DNA of 64,000 bases from a virus (Duplodnaviria > Caudoviricetes): positions 3,472-67,471 of IMG/VR virus record IMGVR_UViG_2654588115_000002. One strand, written 5' to 3'. Below, piece by piece: positions 31,081-40,519 of the stretch (position 1 is its first letter; each line of letters starts with the position of its first letter). The position numbers were made by a program, and so were the translations under genes. Below the pieces are notes generated by a model. The model saw only the letters and a list, made by a program, of their open reading frames with translations, was not told where the DNA came from and did no database searches.

Positions 31081-32343
31081 TTGGGGAAAACAACTACAGA
31101 TATGCAGCTTGTTCCAATCGACAAGTTGATTCCTTATGTGAATAATGCCCGGACGCATTCGCCGGAGCAGATAACCAAGCTACGGTCCTCGCTCCGGGAG
31201 TTCGGCTTTGTGAATCCGGTCATCATTGACCGGGATTTCAATGTGCTGGCGGGCCATGGACGACTGGCGGCAGCCAAGGCTGAGAATATCAGTGAGGTGC
31301 CGTGTGTATTTGCCGACTATCTCACTGAGGCGCAGAAGAAAGCATACATCCTAGCTGATAATCGCTTTGCCATGGATGCTGGCTGGGACGAAGATATGCT
31401 GCGTGTCGAGATTGAAGCATTGCAGGGCATGGATTTCGACTTAGGGCTGACCGGCTTTGATGAGAAGGAAATCGCTGACCTGTTTGATACGGGTGATGGC
31501 GAGGGCAAGGAGGACGGATTCGATGTGGATGCCGAGTTGGAAAAGCCGTGTATCTCTAAAACGGGAGATGTGTGGTACTTGGGCAAGCATCGGGTTATCT
31601 GCGGAGACTCAACTTTGCCGGAAACTTACCAGCGTCTGCTGGGGGATGAGAAAGTGAATCTGGTTTGCACCGACCCGCCGTACATGGTCAATCTTGAGAG
31701 TACCTCCGGGAAAATCAAGAACGATGACCTGTCCGATAAGGAGGCCTACGAATTCCTGACCAAAGCCTTCAGCTGTTTCCATGAGGTTATGGCCAAGGAT
31801 GCCTCGATATACGTTTTCTACGCAACGGCAAAAGCCCGCATCTTTCATGACTCTTATGAAGATGCGGGCTTTAAAGTTGGAGCGGGATTGGTCTGGAAGA
31901 AGAACCGGCTGGTGCTGACACGCACCGATTGGAAGTACATCCACGAGCCGATTATCTGGGGCTGGCGTAAGGACGGCAAGCATACCTGGTATGGTGATCA
32001 GAAGCAGACCACGGTGTTTGAGTTCGACCGCATCAAAAACTCGAAGGAAGATGGATGCGGTCATCCATCCAGCAAGCCGGTGCCGCTCATTGCCTATCTC
32101 ATCAAGCAATGTACCCAGACCAATGGCCTGGTGCTGGACGGTTTCCTTGGGTCGGCATCAACACTTATTGCTTGCGACCAACTGGGGCGCATTTGCTATG
32201 GCGTGGAACTTGAACCGAAGTTCGTGGATGTAGCGGTGCAGCGTTATGCCGCTGCCCATGATAATAATTTTGACGATGTGTATGTAGAACGAGATGGGGA
32301 GAAGATTCCCTATACTGATGTACCTAAGAACGAGGAGGTTTGA
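31081..32343 (+). CDS. ParB-N-domain-fused N6/N4 DNA methyltransferase
   Basis: 'LIPYVNNARTH...EFGFVNPVII...AGHGR', catalytic DPPY, 'HPSSKP', 'VLDGFLGSAST'. Confidence 0.9.
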   Translation: MGKTTTDMQLVPIDKLIPYVNNARTHSPEQITKLRSSLREFGFVNPVIIDRDFNVLAGHGRLAAAKAENISEVPCVFADYLTEAQKKAYILADNRFAMDAGWDEDMLRVEIEALQGMDFDLGLTGFDEKEIADLFDTGDGEGKEDGFDVDAELEKPCISKTGDVWYLGKHRVICGDSTLPETYQRLLGDEKVNLVCTDPPYMVNLESTSGKIKNDDLSDKEAYEFLTKAFSCFHEVMAKDASIYVFYATAKARIFHDSYEDAGFKVGAGLVWKKNRLVLTRTDWKYIHEPIIWGWRKDGKHTWYGDQKQTTVFEFDRIKNSKEDGCGHPSSKPVPLIAYLIKQCTQTNGLVLDGFLGSASTLIACDQLGRICYGVELEPKFVDVAVQRYAAAHDNNFDDVYVERDGEKIPYTDVPKNEEV

Positions 32344-32346
32344 CTT

Positions 32347-32901
32347 ATGCGTGTATTTCTGAACCCTGGCCATGCACCTTGCGGCTGTCCAGACCCCGGT
32401 GCAGTCAATAGTGGTACCGGCTTGCGTGAGTGTGACGTAGCCAAGAACATTGCCGACCTGGTGGAGAAATATCTCACGAAGGTCGGCGTTTCTGTTTCCG
32501 GCAATCTGCAGTCGGATGATTTGTTCGAGGTAGTCAGCTCGTCCAATAATCTTGATGCGGATGTGTTTGTATCAATCCATTGCAATGCCTTCAATGGCGT
32601 AGCGCAAGGAACAGAGGTCTGGCACTATCACACCAGCAAGTATGGCAAGCAACTGGCAGAGTGCATTCAGCGTCAGATTGTAGGGGCAATGGGAACAGTC
32701 GACCGTGGCGTTAAAGGAGCTGAGCCCGGCAGAAATGGCCTGTATGTATTAACCAATACGGATGCGGTTTCCGTGCTGGTGGAGACGGCCTTTATCGACA
32801 ATGCCGAAGATGAAGTCCTTCTTCGGACCAAGCAGGTCGAGTTTGCCCGTGCGATTGCCCGCGGCATCACAGATTTTGAGCAGGAGACATTGAATCGATA
32901 G
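32347..32901 (+). CDS. N-acetylmuramoyl-L-alanine amidase (Amidase_3), catalytic domain only
   Basis: 'VFLNPGH', 'DPGAV', 'FVSIHCNA', 'VLVETAFIDN'. Confidence 0.9.
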   Translation: MRVFLNPGHAPCGCPDPGAVNSGTGLRECDVAKNIADLVEKYLTKVGVSVSGNLQSDDLFEVVSSSNNLDADVFVSIHCNAFNGVAQGTEVWHYHTSKYGKQLAECIQRQIVGAMGTVDRGVKGAEPGRNGLYVLTNTDAVSVLVETAFIDNAEDEVLLRTKQVEFARAIARGITDFEQETLNR

Positions 32902-32904
32902 ATT

Positions 32905-32982
32905 GTATACAACACAAACAGCTTGCTATTTCCAGTGCGTAGAGGGAATATGTGACTACCAAAAGAAAAGGAGGAGCTGAAA
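32905..32982 (+). promoter_or_regulatory. cassette leader, degenerate copy A
   Basis: GTATAC...CTTGCTAT...AGAGGGAATAT...TACC...AAGGAGG. Confidence 0.6.
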
Positions 32983-33717
32983 ATGGAAGTCAAGTACAAT
33001 GTCAGCGGTGAACGCCGCAAGGAAATGGTGAAGGTAGTCAGCGAAGCCCTGGAAGGCTGGGAAATCAAGTATCTGGGAGCACCGAGCTTTTCCTACCAGG
33101 TGGGGGATTTCGAGATTACCAAAGATGGGACCTTGGTTTTCTCCGACAGCACCGACAGCAAGATGGTGGAAGATGTCCTCGAAGGGCTGGAGCAGTCTGG
33201 TTTTGAATGCGAATCCCATGAGGATTTGCCGGAGAAGAAGGAATCGGATAAGGAAGAAGAAACTGCCGCCATTACGGAGGAAGAGCCAGTGAGCCTATCT
33301 ATCAGCATGCCGAAAGATTCCTTTACGGATGTCGCTTTGGAGAATCTCGACCATCTGTTGGTGAGCAAGGGCAGCCTGATCAAGAAGGCATTTGCCATCG
33401 AAGAAGCCACCTACACCCTTACCGATGACCGCATCACATTTGCATGGCTGCATGGCGAAATTACGCCGGAGAAAGCCAAGGCTGGGCAGGATTTCATCGG
33501 CAAGCTCTGCGAGATGGCAAGGACGCAGAAACGCGTCACTGCCAAGGCAAAGGCGGTGGACAACGAGAAATACGCCTTCCGGTGTTTCCTCCTTCGCTTG
33601 GGGCTGATTGGAGCCGAATACAAGACCACGAGGAAAATCCTCATGGAGAATCTCTCCGGCAATGCCAGCTTCAAGTCCGGCAAGAAAAAGGAGGCTGAGC
33701 ATGAAACTTCCGAGTAA
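32983..33717 (+). CDS. conserved prophage protein ('virulence-related' annotation family)
   Basis: 'YLGAPSFSYQVG', 'NEKYAFRCFLLRLGLIGAEYK..RKILMENLSGNASFK'. Confidence 0.7.
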   Translation: MEVKYNVSGERRKEMVKVVSEALEGWEIKYLGAPSFSYQVGDFEITKDGTLVFSDSTDSKMVEDVLEGLEQSGFECESHEDLPEKKESDKEEETAAITEEEPVSLSISMPKDSFTDVALENLDHLLVSKGSLIKKAFAIEEATYTLTDDRITFAWLHGEITPEKAKAGQDFIGKLCEMARTQKRVTAKAKAVDNEKYAFRCFLLRLGLIGAEYKTTRKILMENLSGNASFKSGKKKEAEHETSE

Positions 33718-33946
33718 GGAAAAACTGGAATACTTGCGGAGCTTTTATGCACGGGGACGGATTGTGGTGCTTGGGGAAATGAAAGATGCCCAGGCACCGC
33801 CTCCGGGCACCTATGGCGAAATCCAGGGAGTAGATGATGCGGGCAATATTCTGGTTCGCTGGGACAACGGTTCCTGCCTGAGTCTCATTCTGGATGTGGA
33901 TACCTTCTTCATCGTAAAACACCGCCCAGAAGACATAGGAAAATAA
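33701..33946 (+). CDS. DUF4314-like small phage protein
   Basis: 'MKDAQAPPPGTYG...VDDAGNILVRWDNGSCLSL'; AAGGAGG RBS. Confidence 0.75.
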   Translation: MKLPSKEKLEYLRSFYARGRIVVLGEMKDAQAPPPGTYGEIQGVDDAGNILVRWDNGSCLSLILDVDTFFIVKHRPEDIGK

Positions 33947-33953
33947 TCAGTAA

Positions 33954-34058
33954 GTATACACAGAAATTATTCCTAATTTGCTTGCTATAAATCGTGGTTA
34001 GAGCGAATATACACATACCAAAAGGGAACAACCTAGACAAGCAAAGGAGGAAAAACAA
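33954..34058 (+). promoter_or_regulatory. cassette leader, copy B
   Basis: GTATACACA-CTTGCTATAA-TTAGAGCGAATATACACATACC-CAAGCAAAGGAGG. Confidence 0.8.
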
Positions 34059-34496
34059 ATGACAAATGCATTTGCAGAGGATTGGGCAAGGGAGCAGGCC
34101 TTCCGAAAAGCCTACGCAGAGGCGAAGACCGAAGAATCCAAGCAGGAGGTTAGGGAAGCCCACAAGGCATTCGATGAGAGCATCGAGGAAAAGGGGATGG
34201 CCTACGCAAGGTACTTCAGGGAATACGAAGAAGCACAAATGAGGGGCAACGCCTGCATCGACTTCAACGACTGCATTTGGGAAAAGGACATCCCAAAGAT
34301 GGTCGCAGACCTCCGGGCTCTCGGAATCAAGGAATTCACGCTTTCCTCAACTTTCTCAAGCATTGTAAAGACCGCCTGGGTTTTCCAGCAGAACGGTTGC
34401 AGCCTTGAAGGGATGGAGGAAATCAAAGGGCGCTGCAAAGCCTTCCTGAGCGAGGATTACGAAAAGGTTCCGGCCTTCAAATTCAAGATAAGCTGA
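34059..34496 (+). CDS. cassette hypothetical protein (145 aa)
   Basis: Strong RBS, own leader, terminator 34515-34538 (GGAGCC-GCAA-GGCTCC). Confidence 0.8.
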   Translation: MTNAFAEDWAREQAFRKAYAEAKTEESKQEVREAHKAFDESIEEKGMAYARYFREYEEAQMRGNACIDFNDCIWEKDIPKMVADLRALGIKEFTLSSTFSSIVKTAWVFQQNGCSLEGMEEIKGRCKAFLSEDYEKVPAFKFKIS

Positions 34497-34540
34497 AAAC
34501 TACGCAAAATGCCCAAGGGAGCCGCAAGGCTCCTTTTGAT

Positions 34541-34643
34541 GTATACACAGAATTAATCCGAAATTCGCTTGCTATAATTTGCGTTTAGAGCGAACATACA
34601 CATACCGAAAGAGAACATCGAGCAAGCAAAGGAGGATGCAACC
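34541..34643 (+). promoter_or_regulatory. cassette leader, copy C
   Basis: GTATACACA-CTTGCTATAAT-TTAGAGCGAACATACACATACCGAAAG-GAGCAAGCAAAGGAGG. Confidence 0.8.
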
Positions 34644-34868
34644 ATGTGGAGCAAAGGCGAAATCGAGATTGAAGGGATCAAGGTTCGGTACTGGGTAAAA
34701 CACTACGAGGAAGGTTCAGAATTTGGAATTGACGGCGGCAGAATTTCCAAGCTGGAATGCCGGGTAAACGGAAAAACAATCCTTCATTACGAGAGGGGAT
34801 GGAACATGGAACCGGAAACGAAAATTGGTTACCAAGCCTACGCAATCCTGATGGGAAAGTTCAACTAA
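34644..34868 (+). CDS. cassette hypothetical protein (74 aa)
   Basis: 'YWVKHYEEGSEFGIDGGRISKL...YERGW'; terminator 34885-34906 (GCAGCCC-TTCG-GGGCTGT). Confidence 0.8.
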   Translation: MWSKGEIEIEGIKVRYWVKHYEEGSEFGIDGGRISKLECRVNGKTILHYERGWNMEPETKIGYQAYAILMGKFN

Positions 34869-34914
34869 GACCGGCATTAAAGCCAGCAGCCCTTCGGGGC
34901 TGTTTCTTGTTGAA

Positions 34915-35016
34915 GTATACACAAAATTTATCCGAAAATCACTTGCTATAATTCGCGATTAGAGCGAATATACACATACCGAAAGGAACACCGAGCAAGC
35001 GAAGGAGGAAAAGAAA
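34915..35016 (+). promoter_or_regulatory. cassette leader, copy D
   Basis: GTATACACA-CTTGCTATAAT-TTAGAGCGAATATACACATACCGAAAGG-GAGCAAGCGAAGGAGG. Confidence 0.8.
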
Positions 35017-35199
35017 ATGAAGACGATTTACAAACTCGATGGAAAGAAAATCAGCAAGAAGGCCCTGGTCGAGAAGATGGGAGCAGAGCAGGTCAAGCGG
35101 ATGACCAAAGAAGCATGGGAAACCACCATGGAAGACCCTTGCATTTGCAACGACTTCTGGACGGGGAACGGGATGCTGAACATTTCCTTCGAGGGATAA
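35017..35199 (+). CDS. cassette hypothetical protein (60 aa)
   Basis: Strong RBS; terminator 35202-35228 (GGAGCC-GAAA-GGCTCC). Confidence 0.75.
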   Translation: MKTIYKLDGKKISKKALVEKMGAEQVKRMTKEAWETTMEDPCICNDFWTGNGMLNISFEG

Positions 35200-35244
35200 G
35201 GAAGGGGGAGCCGAAAGGCTCCTTTTTCTGTAGGGGGTGATTGA

Positions 35245-36846
35245 TTGCGAAAACTTACCGGCTATAAGCCGACTGAATTTATGGCGAAGGATTCCCACTA
35301 CGACAAAGGGGCTGCAGATTTTGCTGTGGCTTTTATTGAGAGCCTTTGCCACACCAAGGGCACTTGGGCGGGAAAGCCTTTCGAGCTGATTGATTGGCAG
35401 GAACGAATCATCCGTGACCTTTTCGGCATCCTTAAGAAAAACGGCTACCGCCAGTTCAACACCGCCTACGTGGAAATCCCCAAGAAGCAGGGCAAAAGCG
35501 AACTGGCAGCGGCTGTGGCGCTCCTGCTTTGCTGTGGCGATGGGGAGGAGCGGGCGGAGGTTTACGGCTGCGCTGCCGACCGCCAGCAGGCATCCATCGT
35601 TTTCGAGGTGGCAGCTGACATGGTGCGGATGTGCCCTGCCCTCAACAAGAGGGTGAAAATCCTCGCCTCCCAGAAACGGATGGTTTTTCAGCCCACCAAC
35701 AGCTTCTACCAGGTACTCTCCGCCGAGGCTTACTCGAAACACGGCTTCAATATACACGGCGTGGTCTTTGACGAACTGCACACCCAGCCCAACAGGAAAC
35801 TATTTGATGTCATGACCAAGGGCTCCGGCGATGCACGAATGCAGCCACTGTATTTTCTGATTACCACAGCGGGGACCGATACTCAGTCCATTTGCTACGA
35901 GACGCATCAGAAGGCCTTAGACATTCTGGAAGGGCGCAAAATTGACCATACATTCTACCCAGTGATTTATGGAGCAAAAGAAGACGAGGACTGGACTTCG
36001 CCGGAGGTCTGGAAGAAGGCCAATCCATCCCTGGGAATCACTGTGGGGCTGGATAAGGTACAAGTCGCCTGCGACTCGGCAAAGCAGAATCCAGGGGAGG
36101 AGAACTCTTTCCGACAGCTCCGTTTGAATCAATGGGTAAAGCAATCCATCCGTTGGATGCCGATGCACAAGTGGGATGCCTGTGCCTTTCCAGTTTCGGA
36201 AGATGAATTGGAAGGGCGTGTCTGCTACGGCGGGTTAGACCTTTCCAGTACCACGGACATTACGGCTTTTGTGCTGGTGTTCCCGCCGATAGAAGAAAAC
36301 GACAAATACATGGTGCTACCGTATTTCTGGATTCCGGAGGATAATGTGGATTTGCGAGTACGTCGCGATCATGTGCCCTACGATGTCTGGCAGCGGCAGG
36401 GTAAGCTGGAAACCACTGAGGGTAACGTTGTGCATTACGGTTATATCGAGAAATTCATCGAGCGGCTGGGGGAACGGTTCAATATCCGGGAGATTGCCTT
36501 TGACCGCTGGGGAGCAGTGCAGATGGTGCAGAATCTGGAGGGGATGGGATTCACCGTGGTGCCCTTCGGACAGGGCTTTGCGTCCATGTCACCACCCACC
36601 AAAGAACTGATGAAGCTAGTGCTGGAGGAGCGGATAGCCCATGGTGGTCATCCGGTGCTGCGGTGGAACATGGATAATATCTTCATCCGTACCGACCCGG
36701 CTGGGAACATCAAGGCTGACAAAGCAAAAAGCACGGAGAAGATTGATGGAGCGATTGCCCTCATCATGGCTCTTGACCGTGCTATTCGTTGTGGAAATGA
36801 CGCTGGGGAAAGCGTGTATGACAGCCGGGGATTGATAGTTTTTTAG
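35245..36846 (+). CDS. terminase large subunit
   Basis: 'EIPKKQGKSE' Walker A, 'VVFDELH', 'GGLDLSSTTD', 'KIDG'. Confidence 0.95.
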   Translation: MRKLTGYKPTEFMAKDSHYDKGAADFAVAFIESLCHTKGTWAGKPFELIDWQERIIRDLFGILKKNGYRQFNTAYVEIPKKQGKSELAAAVALLLCCGDGEERAEVYGCAADRQQASIVFEVAADMVRMCPALNKRVKILASQKRMVFQPTNSFYQVLSAEAYSKHGFNIHGVVFDELHTQPNRKLFDVMTKGSGDARMQPLYFLITTAGTDTQSICYETHQKALDILEGRKIDHTFYPVIYGAKEDEDWTSPEVWKKANPSLGITVGLDKVQVACDSAKQNPGEENSFRQLRLNQWVKQSIRWMPMHKWDACAFPVSEDELEGRVCYGGLDLSSTTDITAFVLVFPPIEENDKYMVLPYFWIPEDNVDLRVRRDHVPYDVWQRQGKLETTEGNVVHYGYIEKFIERLGERFNIREIAFDRWGAVQMVQNLEGMGFTVVPFGQGFASMSPPTKELMKLVLEERIAHGGHPVLRWNMDNIFIRTDPAGNIKADKAKSTEKIDGAIALIMALDRAIRCGNDAGESVYDSRGLIVF

Positions 36847-36852
36847 GCGATT

Positions 36853-36958
36853 GTATACACAAATAACATCGAATTATGACTTGCTATTTCCTCCATAAAG
36901 AGCGAATATACACATACCGAAAGGGAAAACACAGACGACCGAAAAGGAGGAAAACAAA
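36853..36958 (+). promoter_or_regulatory. cassette leader, copy E
   Basis: GTATACACA-CTTGCTAT-AGAGCGAATATACACATACCGAAAGG-AAAGGAGG. Confidence 0.8.
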
Positions 36959-37285
36959 ATGACCAAACAGGAAATCGCCGAGATTATCGAGAGCAAGGGC
37001 AAAGAGTACGGATTCAAGATGAAGGACATGGGGGTGGCTTGGACGAGCGAACAGACCAGCGAAAGCAACATCCGCATCGAACTTTTCAAGGAAACCGACT
37101 ACGACAACACCAGCTGGGAAGACCGCAGGGTAGCGATAAACCTCAAGGTCACCGGGTGCATTTGCCGGATGGGCGACCGCAGGGAGGCGGCAGACCTTCA
37201 GAAAATCGCCGAGGAGATTGCAAGGGGCACCAAGATGGTAGCCGAACTTGAGAAGATGAACCTTTCCTACATCGAAACATTCTAA
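36959..37285 (+). CDS. cassette hypothetical protein (108 aa)
   Basis: Strong RBS; bidirectional-looking terminator 37298-37329 (AAAAGCACCGCTC-GAAA-GGGCGGTGCTTTT). Confidence 0.8.
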   Translation: MTKQEIAEIIESKGKEYGFKMKDMGVAWTSEQTSESNIRIELFKETDYDNTSWEDRRVAINLKVTGCICRMGDRREAADLQKIAEEIARGTKMVAELEKMNLSYIETF

Positions 37286-37350
37286 GCCAAAATCGAACAA
37301 AAGCACCGCTCGAAAGGGCGGTGCTTTTGTAACTATAGTATATTGAAAAA

Positions 37351-39216
37351 TCACCATTTAAACATATCTAATAAATCGAAAACAATTTTATTGGTACGCT
37401 GTTGGATTTTATCTACTGTCCATGTATCTTCACTTACAATATCTGTGTTAAGATATAGGCCGTTTTTATAGCCAATATTTTTTGTTTTATCCTTTGATTT
37501 ACGATTTTTCTTTTGCTCAAAAGACATATTGGAAAGATTTTGATTATAACCTGTAACGGTAAGGTTGCCAAGGGTATGGACATACTCAACTCGATATTTA
37601 TGTGCAAGCTCCTTATCCCCATTTGCAATCATGTCTACCCATGTTTGTGGAATGTTTTCGCCCTCTGGGAAAATGTGCTCGATTGTCCATATGTATTTCC
37701 TGCTATTGTCTCTTGACCATAAGTCTGAGTAGATTTCTTTTGTTTGATGGAGAGATTCTATGCTACACAAGAGAAAACGTGTAGCTTCTGGATTCTCATC
37801 GTAAATTGCCCCTCGAAGCTTGTTTTCAAAAATATCATCTTCTGCAGAGATGTTCTTAAGATGCTTACATATTTCATTAGTTATATTGTTGCCTTTTAGT
37901 TCTTTTATTATGGCTATTAAATCAATGAAAAACTGAGTTAATTTACGGGTGTTCGGAATATCAGTAATATTACGACGCACAAAGAATGTGATTAATAGTT
38001 TGATTATATCTTTTATGTTACTATCGGAGAGAGCCATATCCTCCTGTCGAGAGATAATGTACATAAGCATAAGATAGGAAGGGGCGCCAGATATTCTTCC
38101 TAAATCCAGTAAATCATCCGAATAAGATTTCATATCATCGCTGTTGTTTACGAGAATAGAATAGACCTGAGATTTTTTCAATAAATCATTTATGAGAGTT
38201 TTGTAATTTTTCTTTATCATTTTCTCGTAAATGTCCAGTAAGGTGGTTCTGGTAGCTAAATATCCAAAAGCATACCGTTGCTTATCAGAAACTGTATTCG
38301 ATTCGTTTAATTCATCTCTAAAAGCATTGTAATATTGGCGAAAAAAACGTTCTTGTACGGAATAATCATCCTGACTAATGTTGGTTAAAATCTGTTTCCA
38401 TATTTCGTAGCAGTTATCTGCTTCTAAATCTTTTTCAGCGTAAGCAATCATTGTGTTTTTTATGAGGTCAAGAGCAGATAGAGGAACTCCTCTATGGTTA
38501 AGCGACTCGAACAACATATATGCATCTTTGTTGCTATCAACCTCAATTCCTACAAGCACGGCCGCTTCAAATTTGTTTACAATGCCTAACAATATGCTAA
38601 TATCGTTAGCGGAGGATGTTTGTGCTTTTGTTTCCTCGATTTTTTCGTCAATAAGTTTGTTGAAATGTTGGTATGCTTTCGCAATCCTACGTCTGCTAAA
38701 ATATGCTGGCTTTGGATACTTAGTCGTAATAATGCTGGCATTTGATAAGATGTATAAAAAATCATCATTATTCATGTTTTGTTTTTGAAGATATAGTCGC
38801 GGATAATAGTCTGTTTTCTTTTTTCCATCGGGTAGGTGTGTTTGCTGTTTTTCAGCCAATTCATTTTTTAAATTGACCCATTCATTAAGTTCGTCATCAT
38901 CCATTTTCGATTTGAGATTAGACAACTTTTCATATAGGGATGTTAGCAGAATAATCAATGTAGAAAACCGTTGTTGACCATCAATTAGTTCCAATGTATT
39001 GTCATTACTATTTCCATTATCTACACAGATATATGAGCCAAGAAAATATCCGGAGTCATTCTCAGTTACGTCGTTGAATAAAGCATTCCAATCGTTGATG
39101 CTCCAAGTATATTCTCTTTGGTACTTGGGAATACGATAATTTTTTCCATTCTTGATGGAGAAGATATCTGCTACCGTTGTTTGACCTACTTTTTTTATCA
39201 ACCCAATTACCCCCAA
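37351..39216 (-). CDS. GmrSD-like restriction protein (DUF262 + DUF1524/HNH)
   Basis: 'IPKYQREYTW', 'IDGQQR', 'FESLNHRGVPL', 'TIEHIFP', 'LGNLT...N..LSN'; AT-rich and antisense to phage genes; true start may be a few codons downstream. Confidence 0.88.
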   Translation of the reverse strand: MGVIGLIKKVGQTTVADIFSIKNGKNYRIPKYQREYTWSINDWNALFNDVTENDSGYFLGSYICVDNGNSNDNTLELIDGQQRFSTLIILLTSLYEKLSNLKSKMDDDELNEWVNLKNELAEKQQTHLPDGKKKTDYYPRLYLQKQNMNNDDFLYILSNASIITTKYPKPAYFSRRRIAKAYQHFNKLIDEKIEETKAQTSSANDISILLGIVNKFEAAVLVGIEVDSNKDAYMLFESLNHRGVPLSALDLIKNTMIAYAEKDLEADNCYEIWKQILTNISQDDYSVQERFFRQYYNAFRDELNESNTVSDKQRYAFGYLATRTTLLDIYEKMIKKNYKTLINDLLKKSQVYSILVNNSDDMKSYSDDLLDLGRISGAPSYLMLMYIISRQEDMALSDSNIKDIIKLLITFFVRRNITDIPNTRKLTQFFIDLIAIIKELKGNNITNEICKHLKNISAEDDIFENKLRGAIYDENPEATRFLLCSIESLHQTKEIYSDLWSRDNSRKYIWTIEHIFPEGENIPQTWVDMIANGDKELAHKYRVEYVHTLGNLTVTGYNQNLSNMSFEQKKNRKSKDKTKNIGYKNGLYLNTDIVSEDTWTVDKIQQRTNKIVFDLLDMFKW

Positions 39217-39271
39217 AAATAAATTTTATTACTTATTGTTATATCAACACTATAAAAGGAGCGTGATGCTA

Positions 39272-40519
39272 ATGAACTTTTTCACTAAATTTTTCCGTTC
39301 AAGGGATAAGCCCAAGGACTTTTATCATTTTAGCGGATGGCCTTTCGTTTTCGGCAGGTTTGCCAGCAAGCAGATGGTCAATGAATTTACAGCCATGCAG
39401 ACAACAGCGGTATATGCCTGCGTCCGAATCTTGGCTGAGTCCGTTGCCAGCTTGCCACTTCATGTCTACGAGTACAAAGGGCAGGGCAAGGAACGTATTC
39501 CGCAGCATCCGCTTTACAGACTCCTTCACGACAGTCCCAATCCCGAAATGACTTCTTTTATATTTCGAGAGACTGCCATGATTCACCTGCTTTTGTGGGG
39601 CAATGCCTATGCACAAATTTTGCGGGATGGCATGGGGCGTGTGGTGGGACTGTACCCATTGTTGCCAAACCACATGAGCGTTGACCGGGATGAGCAGGGG
39701 GAAATTGTTTACACTTACACGCCGAGCAACGATAGCAACCCTCATGTAACTCAGCAAGTGAAACTTCGCAGACAGGATGTTTTGCATATTCCGGGGTTGG
39801 GGTTTGATGGTCTGGTGGGCTATTCGCCCATTGCCATGGCGAGGAACGCCGTGGGTATGACATTAGCCTGTGAGGAATACGGCTCGGCGTTCTTCGCCAA
39901 CGGAGCGCGACCGGGTGGTGTGCTGAAACACCCCGGTGTCCTCAAGGACCCATCGAAACTGCGGGAAAGCTGGCAGGCGGTCTACGGCGGTACTGCCAAC
40001 ACAGGCAAGGTAGTTGTACTTGAGGAGGGCGTGGACTATCAGCAGATTTCCATTCCGCCGGAGGAGGCGCAGTTCCTTGAAACACGCAAGTTCCAGACTG
40101 ACGAGATAGCGCGTCTCTATCGAGTGCCGCCCCACATGATTGGTGATCTGGATAAATCCTCGTTCAACAATATCGAGCAGCAATCACTGGAGTTTGTAAA
40201 ATACACCCTAAATCCCTGGGTGGTGCGCTGGGAGCAATCCTTGCAGAAAGCATTGCTCTTGCCATCCGAGCAGAAGCGGTATTTCGTGAAGTTTAATGTG
40301 GATGGCTTGCTCCGAGGGGATTACCAGAGCCGCATGGCTGGTTATGCCGTGGGCAGACAGAACGGCTGGCTCTCAGCCAACGACATCCGCGAGATGGAGA
40401 ATATGAATCCTATCCCGGACGAAGAGGGCGGTAATCTGTATCTTATCAATGGCAACCTTTGCAAGCTCCAGGATGCGGGGCTGTTTGGAAAGACTGGAGG
40501 TAAAAATGAAGAAACGTAA
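39272..40519 (+). CDS. portal protein (HK97 family)
   Basis: 'TAVYACVRILAESVASLPL', 'FDGLVGYSPI', 'FNNIEQQ', 'LLRGD'. Confidence 0.95.
   Translation: MNFFTKFFRSRDKPKDFYHFSGWPFVFGRFASKQMVNEFTAMQTTAVYACVRILAESVASLPLHVYEYKGQGKERIPQHPLYRLLHDSPNPEMTSFIFRETAMIHLLLWGNAYAQILRDGMGRVVGLYPLLPNHMSVDRDEQGEIVYTYTPSNDSNPHVTQQVKLRRQDVLHIPGLGFDGLVGYSPIAMARNAVGMTLACEEYGSAFFANGARPGGVLKHPGVLKDPSKLRESWQAVYGGTANTGKVVVLEEGVDYQQISIPPEEAQFLETRKFQTDEIARLYRVPPHMIGDLDKSSFNNIEQQSLEFVKYTLNPWVVRWEQSLQKALLLPSEQKRYFVKFNVDGLLRGDYQSRMAGYAVGRQNGWLSANDIREMENMNPIPDEEGGNLYLINGNLCKLQDAGLFGKTGGKNEET

Noticed and set aside
33954-36958. Repeated leaders as a CRISPR array or integron attC sites
   Set aside because: Units are about 105 bp, contain an RBS and are separated by whole genes; no cas or integron integrase gene; not palindromic like attC
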